This document shows, in pieces, positions 61,725-64,000 of a DNA stretch of 64,000 nucleotides. Made by a program: the position numbers and the translations under genes. The stretch comes from Trichoplax adhaerens. Lineage: Eukaryota > Animalia > Placozoa. The stretch covers positions 220,678-284,677 of the forward strand of contig NW_002060946.1 of assembly GCF_000150275.1 (NCBI RefSeq), in the 5' to 3' direction. Under the pieces are notes generated by a model. The model did no database searches. It saw only the letters and a program-made list of their open reading frames with translations, and was not told where the DNA came from. Position 1 is the first letter of the stretch. Each line of letters starts with the position of its first letter.

Positions 61725-62265
61725 AGTGCATCGATCAATCGCATTCTCGATTTGCTGCACAGGTACATCGATCACAATCAATCCAATCAGTATTCTCCAT
61801 TTGCTGTACAACTGTATTAATCACAATCAATCAATCGTATTCGCGATTTGCTGCACAGGTACATCGATCACAATCAATCCAATCAGTCAGTATTCTCCAT
61901 TTGCTTTACATGTGCATCGATCAATCGAACCAGTATTCTCCATTTGCTGTACAAGTGCATCGATCACAATCAATCAATCGTATTCGCGATTTGCTGTACA
62001 GATGCATCGATCACAATCAATCCAACCAGTATTCTCCATTTGCTGTACAGTACAAGTGCATCGATCACAATCAATCAATCGTATTCGCGATTTGCTGTAC
62101 AGATGCATCGATCACAATCAATCCAACCAGTATTCTCCATTTGCTGTACAAGTGCATCGATCACAATCAATCAATCCCATTCTCGATTTGCTATACAGTA
62201 CAAGTGCATCGATCACAATCAATCTAACCAATATTCTCCATTTGCTGTACAAGTGCATCGATCGC
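61725..62265. repeat. ~45-50-bp minisatellite, ~12 units, alternating A/B variants
   Basis: Core tgcatcgatcacaatcaatc followed by either aatcgtattcgcgatttgctg (A) or caaccagtattctccatttgctg (B). Confidence 0.95.
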
Positions 62266-64000
62266 TACAATTTTTGAGTAGGAATCTCCGTTCAGGCTGG
62301 GAATGCAGCCATCCATGTGAATGGATTTCTATTGCTAAATTGCCGAAAGCTACAACTTAGCTGAAATCGGACAGCATAAGCTGGCGTGAGACGCACTATC
62401 GAGCCTGGACAGACTAGTGGATACTCTCACAACAGTAGCTCAATAAATCCTCTTACAATTTAGTAATCCATGACTGTACTGTACTGTATACAGATTAATC
62501 AATCTTGGTGAATTAAGTTGTCAGTCTAACAATCATAAAGATGACTAAAATCTTTCTGGTAGACGTGTATTGAATAATTAATTAATCCATGATTATGTAC
62601 ACTGCCAGTTCATCGTCCGATCCACTGCACAGTGCACAAGAATGAGCTAAGGGATCAGGCTTAGACCTGAGAAAGGCCCGGTTTATAAACACTAAACTAA
62701 AATTAGACCTCGTCTTTCCACTCCACACTGAAATACTTCACAACTAACTCACCATTTTACTCCATGACTGAATAGTACTGTCATCAACCGCTAGAAGAAG
62801 ATTTCAAGTGGTCATAGAGCAGCACACCTGAGGCATGATGAGCTAAGCGATCAAACTTAAAAGGTGCAAAACTAAAAGTCAAGATTCGATCTGGTCTCCC
62901 CACACTAGTAGACAGTAGTTCAAGCATTGTTCATCAGTACAGTACAAGTATATCGATTGCCTTGAGCTAAACAATCAGACTTGAGGGGATATAAACAAGA
63001 AAATACCAAGTTTAATTCGATTTGATCTTTCAATTCTACTTGAATATATGGTTTATATGGAAAATTGCTCAACGGGCCATGGCAACATTGACCAGTTAGC
63101 TCTGTTTAGACTGAACATGCGTACACTATCGCTAAAAGTTTACTGTATTAGGTTACCATAGCGACCATGCACAGTAAAGTAAAATAGGACAAGAGAAGTG
63201 TAAAAAAGACTTGGATTCAAATTCTTCTTCTATAGTCTACACTATAAGCAAGGGTTATGCTTTCAACCTAATATCACCGGGTGGGGAGAGTTGTACTGTA
63301 GATATGTGCGCCTTATTTTATTATCAAACCACAGCAGAATTTGATCTAGTGTTGAAATAAGTACTCGACTGAATATTACCATATTAGCGCTTTGCTTAGT
63401 GTTCTAGTCAAGAGTGACAAGTCGATGGTTCTCTTATTCCGATACATTTTAAAATAAAACAATCTTCTTTCTTGACATTGGACATTTTTATCCCTAATCG
63501 ATATTCACTACAACGACAGCCTAATTGAAAGTGACACCATAACCACCGTAGGCCTTCGTTAAATAATATTCGATCAACTTTACCACAAGTCTCATCAATC
63601 TATCTCCAAAATGGTAACATCAAACGAAATTCAATTATTAAAAATTATAAACCAATTCCATTTCAGTTCAATATATTATTCTATTCTTGACAGAAGAAAT
63701 AGTTTTACGAGCACAACTGGAAACTATCCTAGCGTAGTAAAATACTATATAGATACAGTGTATATACAGTACTTACTAAAATTTTATAATTATTCATCGA
63801 AGCGGTTATCATTATTTCGGATTATAGTATTTAGTGCGTTGACTACTATCTACTATGCACTAGACAGCAATTATTGATATGAATCCTTTATATTCCAATG
63901 GTGCCAATGATGCCATAGTTAGTCGCTGTTTATGAATATTAACCAATTTAATTTTAACTGTCACTTTAAAGTAATAGGATTGTGTTGTGTATTAAATGTC

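Noticed and set aside
61667-62360. Three overlapping 170-199 aa ORFs; CRISPR-like repeat appearance
   Set aside because: The ORFs arise because the minisatellite unit lacks stops in every frame. The spacers are two recurring variants, there are no cas genes, and the context is eukaryotic.

Overview
AT-rich eukaryotic (animal) genomic DNA with short GT-AG introns. The gene content and compactness suggest a basal metazoan such as the placozoan Trichoplax; this is an inference only. I spliced ten protein-coding genes by hand. (1-2) A tail-to-tail pair of paralogous ~900-965 aa proteins, each with a degenerate dynamin-like P-loop domain, a long helical region and a C-terminal probable pseudokinase (DSTYK-like architecture), in a region dense with local tandem duplications. 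(3) GPATCH4 head-to-head with (4) CETN3. (5) Rab8 head-to-head with (6) TMEM267. (7) TEX9. (8) An intronless class A GPCR. (9) A divergent Rab8-family paralog, convergent with (10) a RabX1/Rab50-like GTPase carrying a 13-nt micro-exon. Non-coding signals include clusters of TACTGTAC/GTACAGTA motifs at both divergent promoters, X-box-like motifs, and many minisatellites, one with alternating A/B higher-order structure. I saw no rRNA, tRNA, CRISPR array or intact transposase. The strongest novelty candidate is the pseudo-GTPase-pseudokinase pair, in which the two genes have lost different, complementary catalytic motifs.
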